DNA from: Phoronis australis
Taxonomy: Eukaryota; Animalia; Phoronida
DNA length: 64,000 nucleotides
NCBI GenBank assembly: GCA_002633005.1
Contig: NMRA01000618.1
Span: 180,232-244,231, forward strand
Direction: 5' to 3'
In this document: piece after piece, positions 51,367 to 64,000 of the stretch
Layout: every line of letters starts with the position of its first letter
Numbering within the stretch: position 1 is the stretch's first letter
Translations under genes and position numbers: made by a program
Notes under the pieces: model-generated
What the model was told of the DNA's origin: nothing
The model's database searches: none
Seen by the model: only the letters and a program-made list of their open reading frames with translations

Positions 51367-53453
51367 TTATTCCCCTTTGTAATCTTTACAATAACAGTAC
51401 AATCTTAAATTTTTGTCTTTTATACACAGTGATTGATCGCCATACTTGTTTATCCTGTTTATGTCACCAATCACTGAAGACTTCTTCATCAGTTCAGGAG
51501 ATTTTAGATCAAGCGGAAGTTTAACATTGGCTTCGAACAAAGCACGGCCAGGAAGCGTTTCAAAAACCACCATATTCGTAGTCATATTTGGAGTCTTGGC
51601 TAAATTGTTATCGAGATTTTTCCCTCGATCACCATACTGGAACGCTGAATGGATTTTACTAAACTTTAGTGTTTCGCACAAAGCACTGTGTGGCTCTAGT
51701 TTGCTCTGGATGTGTTTAAGTGCTTGAGTAGCAGCTTTCAAAGCTTTTGGAGAGTCGACGTCAATAGGATAAAGCTCGTCACATCTGCAGTATGTCTCGG
51801 GTACACCGCATGTCTTACACTCTCTGTCATCTGGCACGGTGCCAAATAAGCTTAGCCCCCTTTCGTCCTTTTCGTAATGGCGAGAGGAAAAGTTATTACT
51901 AACAATGTCCATCAGAGTGGCATGTATATCATACGGAGTCGTTAGGCGGTTTGCATTTTCCCGAACGTTTTCAATAGCACCAGGATACGATTTCCGAAAA
52001 GTTTCGGGAAAATGAATTGCCATAAGTGGCAGCGCATGTTCCGCCCGACCAATAGGAGTCTGTCGTATTGCACTGTATCTGTTTCCATGGTCACTTAAAA
52101 ACATGACAATTACATTCTTTAGGAATCCATTTTCATGTAATGTCTTAAAAAACTCATATAAATAGTCATCTGCAATCTGAATATCATTCAGACTGTAATG
52201 GCTAAGATCATTCAAAAAGCTGAAACTGAAATAAGCAGAATTCGCGAACTTCTTCGTGAACAGCTTCACCCAGTCTAACATGAACTGAAAAATAGTTTTA
52301 CCATTAAAACAGCTTCCGGACTTAATACCTTGTTGTTTCATAATTTTTACTGTGGCGTCGCGCTCCTCCCAAAATGGTCGCTGGTAGTAGTCCGTGGGGG
52401 CCTTTGTAAAGCCACTCGTAAGGTAATTGAACGTGGCATAGAACTGATCTTCGGTGTACAACGTGACGTAATTGTTTTCAGCAAACCTTTTCCATATAAA
52501 AGGTATTGTAGTAGCAAGGCGTCCTCCTTTTTTCGGTACTTGTGATTCGTTTTTTCCGCAGAGCAGTGGCACGAGATTCGGGTAAGTATTATCTCCCACA
52601 GCGTTGTAACCAGTAAGCGTAACGGCTGCCATCTTTTTCGTGAAATACTCGTACGTCTTCGGTAGCTGGCGGAGTGCATTTGCGCGCGACAAACCATCAA
52701 AACCTATCATTAGAACGCTGTACAATGTCCTTGCTGCTGCTGGATGTTTCTTCTTGTCATTGTTTACGTCAGTTTGAATACTGTTCATCTTCGCTACAAC
52801 ACTTTTTTTGTCCGATATAGTAGCGTGTAAATTGATATAAACTAAGTTTTTCTCGACAAAACATCTTACGCGAGTGAAATCCGTAGATATTTTTACTGCT
52901 TTGTCTGGTACTAACGTAGTATCAATTGAGTGAACACGCTTGTTGTCGTTGTCCCTAACAAAGGTATTATAAGAGCATATCGAATTCGCACTACCTATTA
53001 GCGAACGCAGTCTTTTGGAATGTAAAATCAAGTACCCTGTATCGTTGACTTCTGAAATGAGATATTTAGTTGGTTCGCAATTTACTTTTTCAACTTTTTT
53101 AATAAAACGAAGAACCGACTTATCGAAAGGGTCAAATCTTGGCGTTTCACAAACCAAGGACTTGTTTACATTTACTCCAAATCCTTTACCAACAGTTGCT
53201 AGACTTTGTGACGTAATTTCCCTGCCGAATGTAGTATCCGCTAAATTGGACCTCCACTTCCCAAAAGTTGTGATCCGCCAGTTGTCCGTTGACATGCTCT
53301 CGTAAGATTGGCAGCAGTTTGCACGTGAGACGTGATTGGTTAATCTTGTTTTCAAATGTTTGAATACGACGGGTCCTTGGAAATGGGTCAAGACTATCAT
53401 TGTAACCAGGGTCAACGTGACAACTGCTATAAACAGCTTGGTCTTGTAAGTAC
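51367..53453 (-). CDS. DUF229 family protein (alkaline-phosphatase-like superfamily), long terminal exon; type II membrane anchor
   Basis: Intact frame of ~690 codons: FDGLSRANALRQLPKT, GYNAVGDNTYPNL, SDHGNRY, NRLTTPYDIHATL, C-terminal RINKYGDQSLC...YCYC. Acceptor tttacag at 53454 extends the frame to KTKLFIAVVTLTLVTMIVL. Start exon not identified. Confidence 0.9.
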
Positions 53454-54134
53454 CTGTAAATTGAATAAAAGGCCGTTAGTATTGGTTGATTACACAAACA
53501 GCACTATTGCATGTACCCTATCACTTCAATGGACGCTGTTTGAGTTTGTCACCAGTTTTCCTTTAACATCAGTTTGAAACTTTGGAGCAAACCTCGGTAT
53601 TACACCAGGCAAATCTCATCGTCGACACTCGCGAATGAAAGCCAGTGTGAACACGTGTTTCTATTGTAATAGAGAGCGATATCTCACGAAGACTTGCGTG
53701 ATCTCGCTTGCTAGACAGGAAACTTTCTCTGCGGAAAGTAGCCCCAACGCCAGAAATTTGTAACATTCTTCATCCGCTAGGTGACGCTTTGCGCTATGTC
53801 CCTAACCAATCATAAGAACGCATAGTAAGGTTAAAGGTCAGGAAGCTTGGGCGCTAGTACCGTGAGCCCCACTGAAGTCAATATAGTCTGCAGAGCAACA
53901 CTTGTCAAGTTTACAATAACAGTCTTTGGAATTTCTGGAATGCCACAGTCTACAGTATGACAGTGCTAGCTCTAGGCCTACACATAAGCACAACAAAAGT
54001 GAATTGAACACCAGCCAGCCGGTGTGTGCTTGCAGCCTTAAGCGGGCTGCCAAAGCGCTTTTTATTAATCTTCAGATGTTTGCCAATACATATTTGTGTC
54101 CGGAATCCACTCCAATGTAACAGTATTAAATTTA

Positions 54135-55776
54135 AGGCGAATGCAACCTTTTTCCATGTCATTTTGAGCTAAAATAAGGTTGGTTGGTTATCCTAGACAT
54201 ATTTTCCACTTAATTACATCTTTTCGTAATTTTATTAATTACTCGTCCGCTACTCCGGAAGTGACGTTTTAGGAGGCAAGCGTTTCCCGCCACTTGGTTT
54301 TGCGTTGAGTTTACCGTGCGAATCTGTTCTATTCTACTTTTGTTTGGAGCTGTTTTTCAACAATTGTCGCCACCACTTTCCATCGGCGAGTATTCTGCGG
54401 CAAGATAGGTTAGTAGAGAACTCAACTACGTTGGATTTAGGGATTGTTTAGCGTGTTGTAAGCTGAAAATGGCTGGAGTAGGTAACCCGTATCACTGTGA
54501 CAGTAGTGTGAGTGACGGAGACCTTGTTCACAGCAGTGACGAGGAATTTTTTCACGGACATTCAGTGGGTGGGTACATGTTTGAGCCCGAGTATAACGAA
54601 GGCAGAGTACGCACAGGCACAGGCAGCTGTTGAGAGAAACGAAGCGGCTACTGAGGACAGACGTGGTGACATATCTTGGTGCTAATGCACTGTGTGCGTT
54701 GTTATGCCTACGTTTATGGAATGCTTGTGCTGTTCGACGAGGCCAAGCCACTACTGGGCACGGTTAAGTGGACCTCCGGCATACCACGGACAGAAGGAAC
54801 AACTGTCCCACTTGCCAGTGTCCCGCGACACACTCCCACTGGATGGTGACCTGAGCACCCAAACTGCTTACATCGTGTCGTGTGACTCCTTCGCCACACA
54901 CCTGGCACCTTCTAAATAGCTCCAACACTTTAGACAAGTCCATAATAAACTTATCAAAGTTTGGCTCACCGATCTGTTCACTGGACGACGAACTGCCCTC
55001 TTCACTGGGTGTCGAACTGGGCTTGTAATCACTCCCACTACTCAATATCGCTGAAGGGCTGCTTAGAGGCTCTGAGCTGGAGAAAACAGCACAGGGCGAA
55101 TCACTACTGGTTCCAGGAATGGCACGCTCTGGGGGTACGTTCGGAGGCACGGGTGACAGTAGATGAAGTGCCTCCACTGGCTCCAGTCGCTGTACTGGCC
55201 ACAGCTCGCGAGGCTTCTCGCTTCAAAAACGCACTTCTCGGGGGTGGAGACGGGGCACTGCCGGGAATCAACTAAGACGGAATGGCATCCTTCTTCTGGC
55301 GTTGTTTCGCAGGGACCTTCATCAGTTCAGCGTACAAATCCCTTTCGTAATTGAACGGCAGAAAGTGTTTGCCACACACACGGTAATTCTCGACTGCTTT
55401 GTACGTTGCGTGGACGGGTAACGCTGCGTTCTTCACACGAGTGAGCCAAGTGCGGCGAAGTGTGTCATCCATCGGAAAGCGATGCTAAGGTACTCCCAAA
55501 GCGCGCGTGAGACGATAATTAGTACATCCCGATACGCAGCAACAGTGCGGCAAATACAACCGAGGTAGAACAATGACTGAGTCAGCAGCTCTCACAGTCA
55601 GACTATATGAAAAGAAATTGGCGCGAAATGCTTGCCTCCTGAAACGTCACTTTCGGAGTAGCGGACGAGTAATTAACAAAATTACAAAAAACTGTAATTA
55701 AGTGGAAAATATGTCTAGGATAACCAACCAACTTTATTTTAGCTCAAAATGACATGAAAAAAGGTTGCCGTCGCCT
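54135..55776. mobile_element. Kolobok DNA transposon, internally deleted (KolX on plus, THAP-transposase on minus)
   Basis: ~155-bp TIRs AGGCGA..GCAACC / GGTTGC..TCGCCT in a TTAA-like context. Plus from 54468: GYMFEP..DISWC*CTVCVVMPTFMECLCC. Minus from 55553: CCVSGC..HRFP..W..VCGKHF..DAIPS, then KFIMDLSKVLELFRRCQVCG..CVAGH. Confidence 0.88.
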
Positions 55777-57654
55777 TTACGACGAAAGGACAACGTTCTG
55801 TGGATCACAAAACGAAACAACATTTTGAAGATAACCAGTATCAACTACATGTATACTCACAGGCGAAAAACCTGCATAAAACTGTATGAAATCCGACTTT
55901 TTTCAAACTTCGAAAGTATTTCTAAACTCATACCGGATGAGAAAATGATTCTGAGATAATCTCTCATCTATACAGAGTGCAAATTCCATTGCAAGACAGC
56001 CGGGCGATCGGCAACATTTAATCTCACAGCACTGTACGTGGATCCATTTTATGAACACAAGAGACGTGGAAAATTTTTCGAAAAACAGCATGAAATTTGG
56101 ACCAGCAACCTATGAGTACTCCTGGTAATCACCTCCGCTATCGGCAAATCCGATGGCAAAATGAATTCAGCCACAAACTTGACTTCAAAATGAGCTATGC
56201 GCTCAAATATGGGCTTCCGGACTATCGTTAACATAGGCCTGAATGGGGCAAACTTCAAACTTCAAGAGACGTGGAAAATTTTTGACCAATGACGCTGATA
56301 TTTGGCAGTAACAAGTCTTAACATACACTCTATGCGACAGGCTATCGGCAAATTGTGTGTAGTGCATGTTACAAATTTCTGGCGTTGCAGATAGAACTAC
56401 ACCGCAAAGCAGAAGAAAGGGCGCAGTTGAAACGCGAATGAACGCGCAATTGTTCGAATTGGTTTAAAAATGCTGATTTAAACAAACGCAACCCAAAATG
56501 TATTGAAAGGATGTGTAACTGAGCCTGTCGAAGCCATACTACCGTGGCTAGACATGACCTGTCCTCGAATACTGAAGATGGCCTCTGATGCAAAATAGTT
56601 TACGCGCGCCATTTGCACTATATCTGTCAGGACGAGAGCGATTTCAAATCCAAACCAAATTTTGTGATTCTAAAGGGAGTGCGTGTCGCTGCTGTCTCAG
56701 TGAAACTCTGTTGAGGAGGTTCATACTGGAAAGCAATCTCTGGCTGCTCAGGCTATCGTATGAACATATTTCTTGAAGAGGCAAGGAATGCAAAACTCGT
56801 AAAAATCACAGTAATCAGATCGTTGAGCATATACTTCTTAGGGGATGCTAACGTAAGAGTTGTCCACTTTGAATATTGCAAAAGTGTTTAAAAGAAAGCG
56901 TGAAATTCACTACTTTTGAAGCACAGACAAAATAAAAACTCTTTCATACCTATACACCTTTCAAATTCTGCGCCCAAATAATAAACATAATAATAACTGA
57001 ATGCTGCTCAAAATCACCATCGTATTGTTTACATCAAAGGTCAGAGGTCACATTTTCAATGATGGAAATCTGCTACGTCTTTGTCTTGCCACAGCATTTA
57101 AAGACGTGCTTTGCTGTGTAGGGGAAAATGCCCAAAGTGACGAGCAGTTGACAGGTCTTTTTGAAATGTGAAACTAAAGGAAGAATGCATTGACATCAAC
57201 ATAATCTTTACAAGCACACTGTTAAAATCTCTGGTGAACAATCTGAGCACTGTTTCAACTCTGAGTAATGCAATTTAGCATGTTTTCACGTTCTATGCCA
57301 CTTTAAAGCATACCGTAAGCGGTATGTAGAGTTGTCGCTACTCTTCTAATTTTTTTTTGTAAATGACCCAATTATCACAGATGCAGATTAGAAGAAATAC
57401 AAACCATTTTTATTCATTATATTAAAAGGTTCCCATGCTTTAGGTAGAAATTTTTCTTAAAAAATGACATTTGTAAAGATTAAACTGATTTACATGTTGA
57501 GCAGTAGATGGCGCTGTTAACAACAATATTAGCTAATCAGTTTTACATATCTTCCGCGAGTACTACAGTGGCGCAAGAAAACCAAGGAAAACCAAGTTAC
57601 GTTTCACAGAGAGCAGTATCGTTCACATTAGTCCTAGCTTATAAGCAGACACGG

Positions 57655-57726
57655 TACTCGAGTTGTTGACCTTATGTCTGATCATGAAAAGGCAGACAAT
57701 AAAATGTGTCTGCATGCAAAACACGT
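57655..57726 (+). mobile_element. Small Academ/XPG-domain fragment
   Basis: VVDLMSDHEKADNKMCLHAKH resembles the HEEADTRxxLHA motif. Confidence 0.5.
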
Positions 57727-58498
57727 ACATGTATATGATTGTTTCCTAGGGTTTGGAAAATGACCGAGTGGTTGAGCATTTAACCAATGAAGTGTAGCCT
57801 GGAATTACGAAAATGTGTATATTTAGCTCGGTTGAAAAAATGAGGCTCTGTTGACAGATCATTGTTCGGGGCAACGTTTTAAAGAGATGTCTTGTGTTAA
57901 ATTTCAGTTAGTACACATTTTAACGAAAATGATGCAATCTGCAAGCAGTGCCATCACATTCTATTATGAATTGCCGAAGACAACTGAAATTGTAATGGGT
58001 GAACGGAAAAAACAGGACGGAGGATGCCCCAACTTGGACTTCAGTGTTGCTGGGACATACCCAAATGAAATAAATTCTCGGCAGGATATCGTAGCAGTAG
58101 TGCTAGATAATATCTATGATAACCTAACGTACACTACTGAATTATAGATACATAGCAATTGAGCAAAAGTTAAAAATAAACTTGAGTCTGCGAAAACATC
58201 AGTGGGTACTTCTGAATGGCTTGCGCCTTCATCAACAGTTAAGTATTGCACGGTCGTTCCCACTAACATAGTTCTTTTTCAAAACTAGAATTAATTTCTT
58301 ACGACTTTCGCTTCTTTTCTCAAGCATCGTTATTCTTCTCTTACTAACACATTTTGAGAGCATCTTAAAAAGGAAATATTGGTTGGCAGCCGCAATTCTT
58401 CTCCCATGACCTGGCTACCTGTTATCACTTATAAATGACCTCGTGAACACATCCCCTTTCTCACGAGATGGGAAAATTGCGAAAAATAGAGGTATTAA

Positions 58499-60736
58499 AG
58501 GAGAATGCCACCCGACTTAAATAATTTTTTTACCGTCTTAATCGGTCGAAAACCAAGTCACCTCGTGCAGTCGATCTTACCTCGCCGAGAGGTGTCGCGT
58601 TAACGCGTGAAGAAGGTGAGAAACGACGCATCGACGTCAGTGGTTCTTCTGCAGAGTGAGTGCCGATATGGTGACAGGTGTGGTGTAACGTTCCCGCTTT
58701 TGCGAACTATGAAGCTGCGAGGATAGCGGGGGTATATCGTTTTTCGATTTCCTCAAGAGCCCATAATGCTCTCGGAAGTGGCTTGCGGTAGTGAAGAATG
58801 AAAAGTACGCCGTTAATACCAAGTATGAGGCCGTGAAACTTCTCAGTGTCTATTAGTGGCCTGCATTTTGTCGGATCGGTTGTTGATCGATTTTTGATTA
58901 TGGAGAATTATAATTGGCCATGAAAACATTAACAATTAATATTAATTCAAGGTATGAGAACATAACGTTTTATATAGCCTGTTTGATGACCGATTCGTTC
59001 GTGAGGCTTCTGTTTGGTCCTCTGGGTGTAGGATGTTTTTGCCAGTTCTTTTTCTCAGCCATAAAAAAACGGCATAAACACAGCACTGTTTAGATGCGGT
59101 GCAAAATCACGATGGTCCGTAAGACACATCTGCGCTTCTCCCAGAAGGCGTTTACTTACGGAATTGCGTGGCAGCAAATGCAAGCGTCAGTCGTTCCATT
59201 ACCGTGCAGTTAGCTCACTGACCCCACGAAAAGTCATTCAAACGGTTTTCGGAACCTCTCTATTATTCCTTGATCAGTGCATTCCGGTTCGAACTGATAG
59301 CCTGTGAAACCTAACGGTAAGCTGTGAAGTCTTCGTCGGATGAGCGCTCGTCTAAGTCGGGACTGCGAGTTAACGTTTTATAGTGCGTTCTGTTTCAAAA
59401 TGAATTATTCTCACCCTAACCAACGATTATTTAAAACTGAAACAAAGTCTGTCTCATTAGACACACTTTGCAATGCCTTGGAGTGTTCGTGAGTGCAAAT
59501 GTTTTGGGAAGCCAGCAATGAATAAATCTCTGCGCTACCGACTTTAAATGCAATAAACTAATTGACCGGGCATCGAGGCCATGTGAGCGCATGCCGATCC
59601 AGTGTCTGCCGACAGAAAGCTGTTGTGAAACACAATCATTCTGTTTTACATCCTATGGTCAGATGTTAGGGGATCTTTATTTAGATATTCCTCTACATTT
59701 TTCGAATCATTGTTACTGTACAGCTTATGCCTGGACGGTTCTACGGAAGGGTAACCTGACTTCGCAGCCCCCGACGAGCTAGTAAGTAGATTTACAGCTT
59801 CGCGGCTAATTCACCAAAATAATCACATGCCTATTTTTCCTTTGGCTCACTTGTATAGTCTAGTTTACACGGAGTCATTCGTGGTGTAGTGGTTAAGGTC
59901 CTGGACTCAAATTATCTGTAGTTTCTGAAATCGTGGGTTCAAATCGTGCCTCGGACAAAAGTCACACCATGAGTGTACTACCACATATCCGTGCTCGTTC
60001 TTCTAAGAACGCGGGAACAACTGACGATGGCCGGAGACAAGACCGACCGAAACGTCGTGACAGTGTAAATAGACAACAGGTCGGTGTAAATTGACCAAGA
60101 GATTTTAATAATAGTTGTAACACGTCACCACCTTAGAGCGATTTTAGAAAAAAGTAGTCTTTGACTAGTTTAGTTTCCAACTTCGGCTGGTTTATGTTCG
60201 TGATGTCTTCAGTCCGGTCGCAATGGGCCTGATCGGGTTCCGAGCCACTGGCCGGGAAAGCAAGCGTTTTGTGTGTTTAGAACTGAAAAATTGCGTCTGA
60301 AATTACAGCAAACAGCTATCATATTTCACGGACGAATAATTTGAATTTATCGCCGAACAGACCCGAAACTCCCTCGACCAGGCTATTTGGTAAATTGGCC
60401 TACCGAACATTTTGGGCTACGGTACGTTCAAATACTAAAAATCCGAAACAGCGAAATTAAATAACACGTTGGTTCATTAAATTGGTATATTTTTAAGGGT
60501 TTTACATCGAACTTTCATAATTTATTGGTGCAAAACAATGAATTAAAGCGATAAACTGACAACAGTAAGCGTGTTGTGAACTGCTGAACAGACTGCATTC
60601 AAACCTCTGACGTCATTGGTTAATTTCAACAACTCCGTCTGCCGTCAGGTAAAAGAGCTGTGAACTTGCTGTTATCGAATGAAACTATTCGATCTAATTT
60701 GATACAATCTAGGTTGTTTTTGGGTGGCATGCTCCT
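58499..60736. mobile_element. Kolobok-type element with perfect TTAA TSD
   Basis: TTAA|AGGAGAATGCCACCC ... GGGTGGCATGCTCCT|TTAA; only faint Cys-rich coding remnants near 59575-59640. Confidence 0.78.
59861..60124 (+). mobile_element. tRNA-headed SINE/retrozyme-like unit with a hammerhead-like core
   Basis: A box TGGTGTAGTGG (59882-59892), B box GGTTCAAATC (59936-59945), and CTGACGA-t-GGCCGG-loop-CCGACC-GAAA-CGTC (60021-60056). Confidence 0.6.
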
Positions 60737-63700
60737 TTAACTAGAATGCCCGTATGTGAATCATGTGGCATCCTCTGCACTCAGGCTGAACAACTTCACA
60801 TGTTTGGTGCCATCCTTTTCTAGAGGATATTGATAACACTTGTGAGCCGTGCCATTTTTTGAAGTCAGATATTTAAACGCGTACACCACGGTTACAGCTA
60901 AACAGCAAACACCATCTGTGTTGACACGGTGCTGTCGACTTTTTATCGAGCATCAGGTTCAAGTGTGTCACCTTGCTATTAGTCCCAATAAAAATACACG
61001 GGTCGACCTACTAACACAAATTAAACCCGTGGATAACACAACTCAATGTCGTCGTGTTTTAACAAAAAATAGAAATGAATTTTAGAAAAAAATTCACCTC
61101 ACAACAAAGGCGAAGCCCCTACAGTTTGTACTTCACAAACGCCAGGCAGGTTTACCCTATACCGTCAAACTTTCAAATTACTTCTTCAAAGTGCAAAGAA
61201 ATCATACTTTCCACAACAAAAACAAGATATTTGATAAAACATCAACAGCTCAATAATTTAATAATTCGTTTAGATGTATATCGGGCCATCGCTAGCTAAT
61301 CATTTACATGTACCAATCAACTCACACATTCAATATGGCGCTTTCGTAAACAACATTGCACAAACAAAATTATGTCTCAAAGTAATGGGTTTGACATTTC
61401 TGCCAAACTCGAGAGGTTCATTACCCTGATCATCACCCACTAGCCTACTATTATCACCAGCCAATGTTTTAACGCAGTTAGGCCTACTCTACTTTTAAAT
61501 ATGGAAATCTTGAACGGGCGTGGAAATATAGAACGCAAGCAATTTTAAGTCTGGTCTGCAACAGAGACAGTGTAATCAATATTTTTCTCACATGACGTGT
61601 TAATAACACCGTGTACATAATTTTTTGATATTACATGGGAAAATCACAAATTAGTGGAAAGTAGGAATCCATAAGCCTTACATTTTATGGTCTGCAAAAC
61701 ACTAGAACAACCAAACGAGCGCCAACGAAACAATGCCGGAATTCCGAAAAGGTGACAAGGTTATGATTGACAAATCGGGTGTCGCAACTGTACGTACTCC
61801 CAGCAGTCTCAGTTGAAGGACAGGGAAAAAAAAATTCTTAAACGGATCCATTTTCGGCGGCGAATTCCATATCGACGTTCATTCAAACGGACATGAGCCC
61901 CAACTCAAGAAACGCGGCGAGACTAGACTGTCTAACTGTGCCGTCTCAAGGTCAATTCAGTGCTAACGTGCGGGGAAGCCTTGCAGACAGTTATTTATGC
62001 GCATTTTTTAAGTTTTAATATTACAACTTCAAAGATTATTTATTAGATTCTAACTTGAATATTTGCTACGAAAGCTAAATGCAAATTAAAACTATAAACA
62101 AAAAGTAACTGAATTACTTTACATTGCGTAGGCGTGTGAGTACAAAAGTTGCGTAATGTGGTTGAAAGTTTTAGGCAAGTCGAGTTTTTCGTCAAAAAAG
62201 ATCGTTTTTACGATCCATGCGAGAAAACAAATCCTACACTGGTCTCAGATTGGTGACATGGGCAAAACCTCTTGGACATTTCGTCAAAAGAGGTTTTGCC
62301 CATGTCATAAACCTGAGACTCGTGTAGCATTCCCACGAGGGGATAATACTAGTAAAATAAGAATAGGAAAATTAAAACTTTTGACGTTTCATTTCTATTA
62401 ATAGTAGTGTTAGTAAACTTTAAATAACATTTTGCAGACGTGAAGCAAGTCGTCTAAAAAGTGGAAGGGGGACCTCCCGGTCCTCTCGTTAATATATCAG
62501 CTGAATTCCACGTACATCGATCAAGCACTAGGTAGAAAGCAAGGTGGACGTCAAATAAGTATAGATGCCACTGCAAGTTGCATCACTGTTATGTCCAGAC
62601 AATGCTATATCGTGTTCGAAAATTAGGGGGCGACGTCTTATCAGTAATACAATGGCAATTCCAGAGACAAAAAAATAAAACTAAGACAACATTAACACTT
62701 GCGGTCTCATCTGAAAGGCCATTCTGTCAAGTTTCGTAACAAGGCATAGCACTCACTTGACCTGACAAGTACCGTTCAATCCTTTACATGGACGTAATGT
62801 ATGAAGATGTGTCACAGTGCAACAAGGGGATGCTACAGAAGTTCGATCCATCTAAAAATTATCGCCAGTCACATTCTCCTCAATAAGAACATATAAGCCA
62901 AACCTCATGAAGATTCACCGAGGACCTTGATGCATATTGAAACAGGAAACAGCAGTTGGATCTCTACGAATAAACGCAATGCCAGCCGTGCTCATCTGAA
63001 TAGAAACACATGTGCGAAATTTCACGACGATCCTTCACGGTTTGGGAATATTGAGGCGGACGCCAAAAGCAGACACAAATAACAACAGATGGCCGATGGG
63101 AGCACGGCAGACCCGCTCAATCTAATGGAAAAAATGTCAATATGAGTAAACCTTTTGCATTGCAAACAGCAAAAGAGGGTGATAAATATTGTCCTCAAAT
63201 GTAACTGAAACTACGTCATAAAAAGTAAATCGACAATTATTTATACCCCATCTTAATACGAACAGCCATATTTCAACCTCACTTGGAATATTAAAGTGGT
63301 CCGGAATGCGAAAAATGGGACTAAATTGCAGTATTCAAAGTAATTCCCTGCCACTGAAACAGAATTCAACATGCTCACCCGGTATGTTTACGTAAAGATT
63401 TTGAACTTCTGTTCACAGAAAAGCATTTTTTTAAAATTCAAATTTAAAAAACGATCTGTCAACTGCTCGTCACTTGGTTGATTTTTCTACCAAAAGGCAA
63501 AGCACGTTTCTGTATTTGGTATGGCAAGACTTAGAAGTAGCACATTTCCCTTACAGGAAAAATGTGACAGTTGCCCTTTAATTTAAAAAAACAAAGGCAA
63601 CTTCAAGGAGTCAATCCTATTAAGATGCAATTGATGTACGTCTTAAGTGACTAACACTAGTTAAAAAGGTATCCTAGTATTCAAATATATTGTAAAATGC

Positions 63701-64000
63701 TCTTGGAATTCTTTTTTTGGAAAATTGCTTGCTTCACTGGCTTGCCTGATACATGCACCGTGCTGTTGAACTCAGAATCGGGGTGCGATCACTCATGGCA
63801 ATCTCCCGCTAATATCTATCGTCTCAGTCAGCTGATTGCCGAATGACTGTGAGCGCATGTGCGCATTGATCATAAAAGGGAAGGAGATCAGGTTGGGAAG
63901 GAGATTAGAAACTCTGTGGTTACCACAGGTTTTTTCCTTCAAGCGTATTTCAAAAATCGTGAATTTTGCGACACTTTTCGTATTTCCTCTTGGGGGAAGT

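Noticed and set aside
53569-53620. MRFAWCNTE as the DUF229 first exon
   Set aside because: The available GT donors are phase 0 or 2, but the downstream exon needs phase 1.
59874-59955. Possible functional tRNA gene (also 46522-46575)
   Set aside because: A and B boxes are present but the acceptor and anticodon stems do not pair convincingly; treated as tRNA-derived heads.
60800-64000. Short ORFs at the right end of the window
   Set aside because: No recognisable domains; looks intergenic or intronic.

Overview
Repeat-rich animal genomic DNA (spliceosomal GT-AG introns, AT-rich; element families typical of marine invertebrates) with four assembly gaps. All host genes lie on the minus strand: (1) the 5' four exons of a TKL/RIPK-like non-RD protein kinase with an in-frame TGA in exon 1, running off the left edge; (2) a complete 5-exon ENPP4/5/7-like ectonucleotide phosphodiesterase (429 aa) with a Ser at the nucleophile position and a GPI-like tail; (3) the first two exons of a putative secreted coiled-coil protein; (4) a long DUF229 (alkaline-phosphatase-like) exon. 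The rest is mostly mobile DNA: a near full-length but inactivated BEL/Pao LTR retrotransposon, an Academ (XPG-type) transposon with TIRs and a 3-bp TSD plus further Academ remnants, three Kolobok-type elements, an ISL2EU-like element, L1/Tx1 and RTE-X-like LINE fragments, a ~1 kb fold-back palindrome, MITEs and tRNA-derived heads. The most unusual item is a ~260-bp unit that joins a Pol III tRNA-like head to a hammerhead-ribozyme-like core (retrozyme/SMalpha-like), nested in a Kolobok element. All calls come from manual reading of the sequence; no database searches were run.
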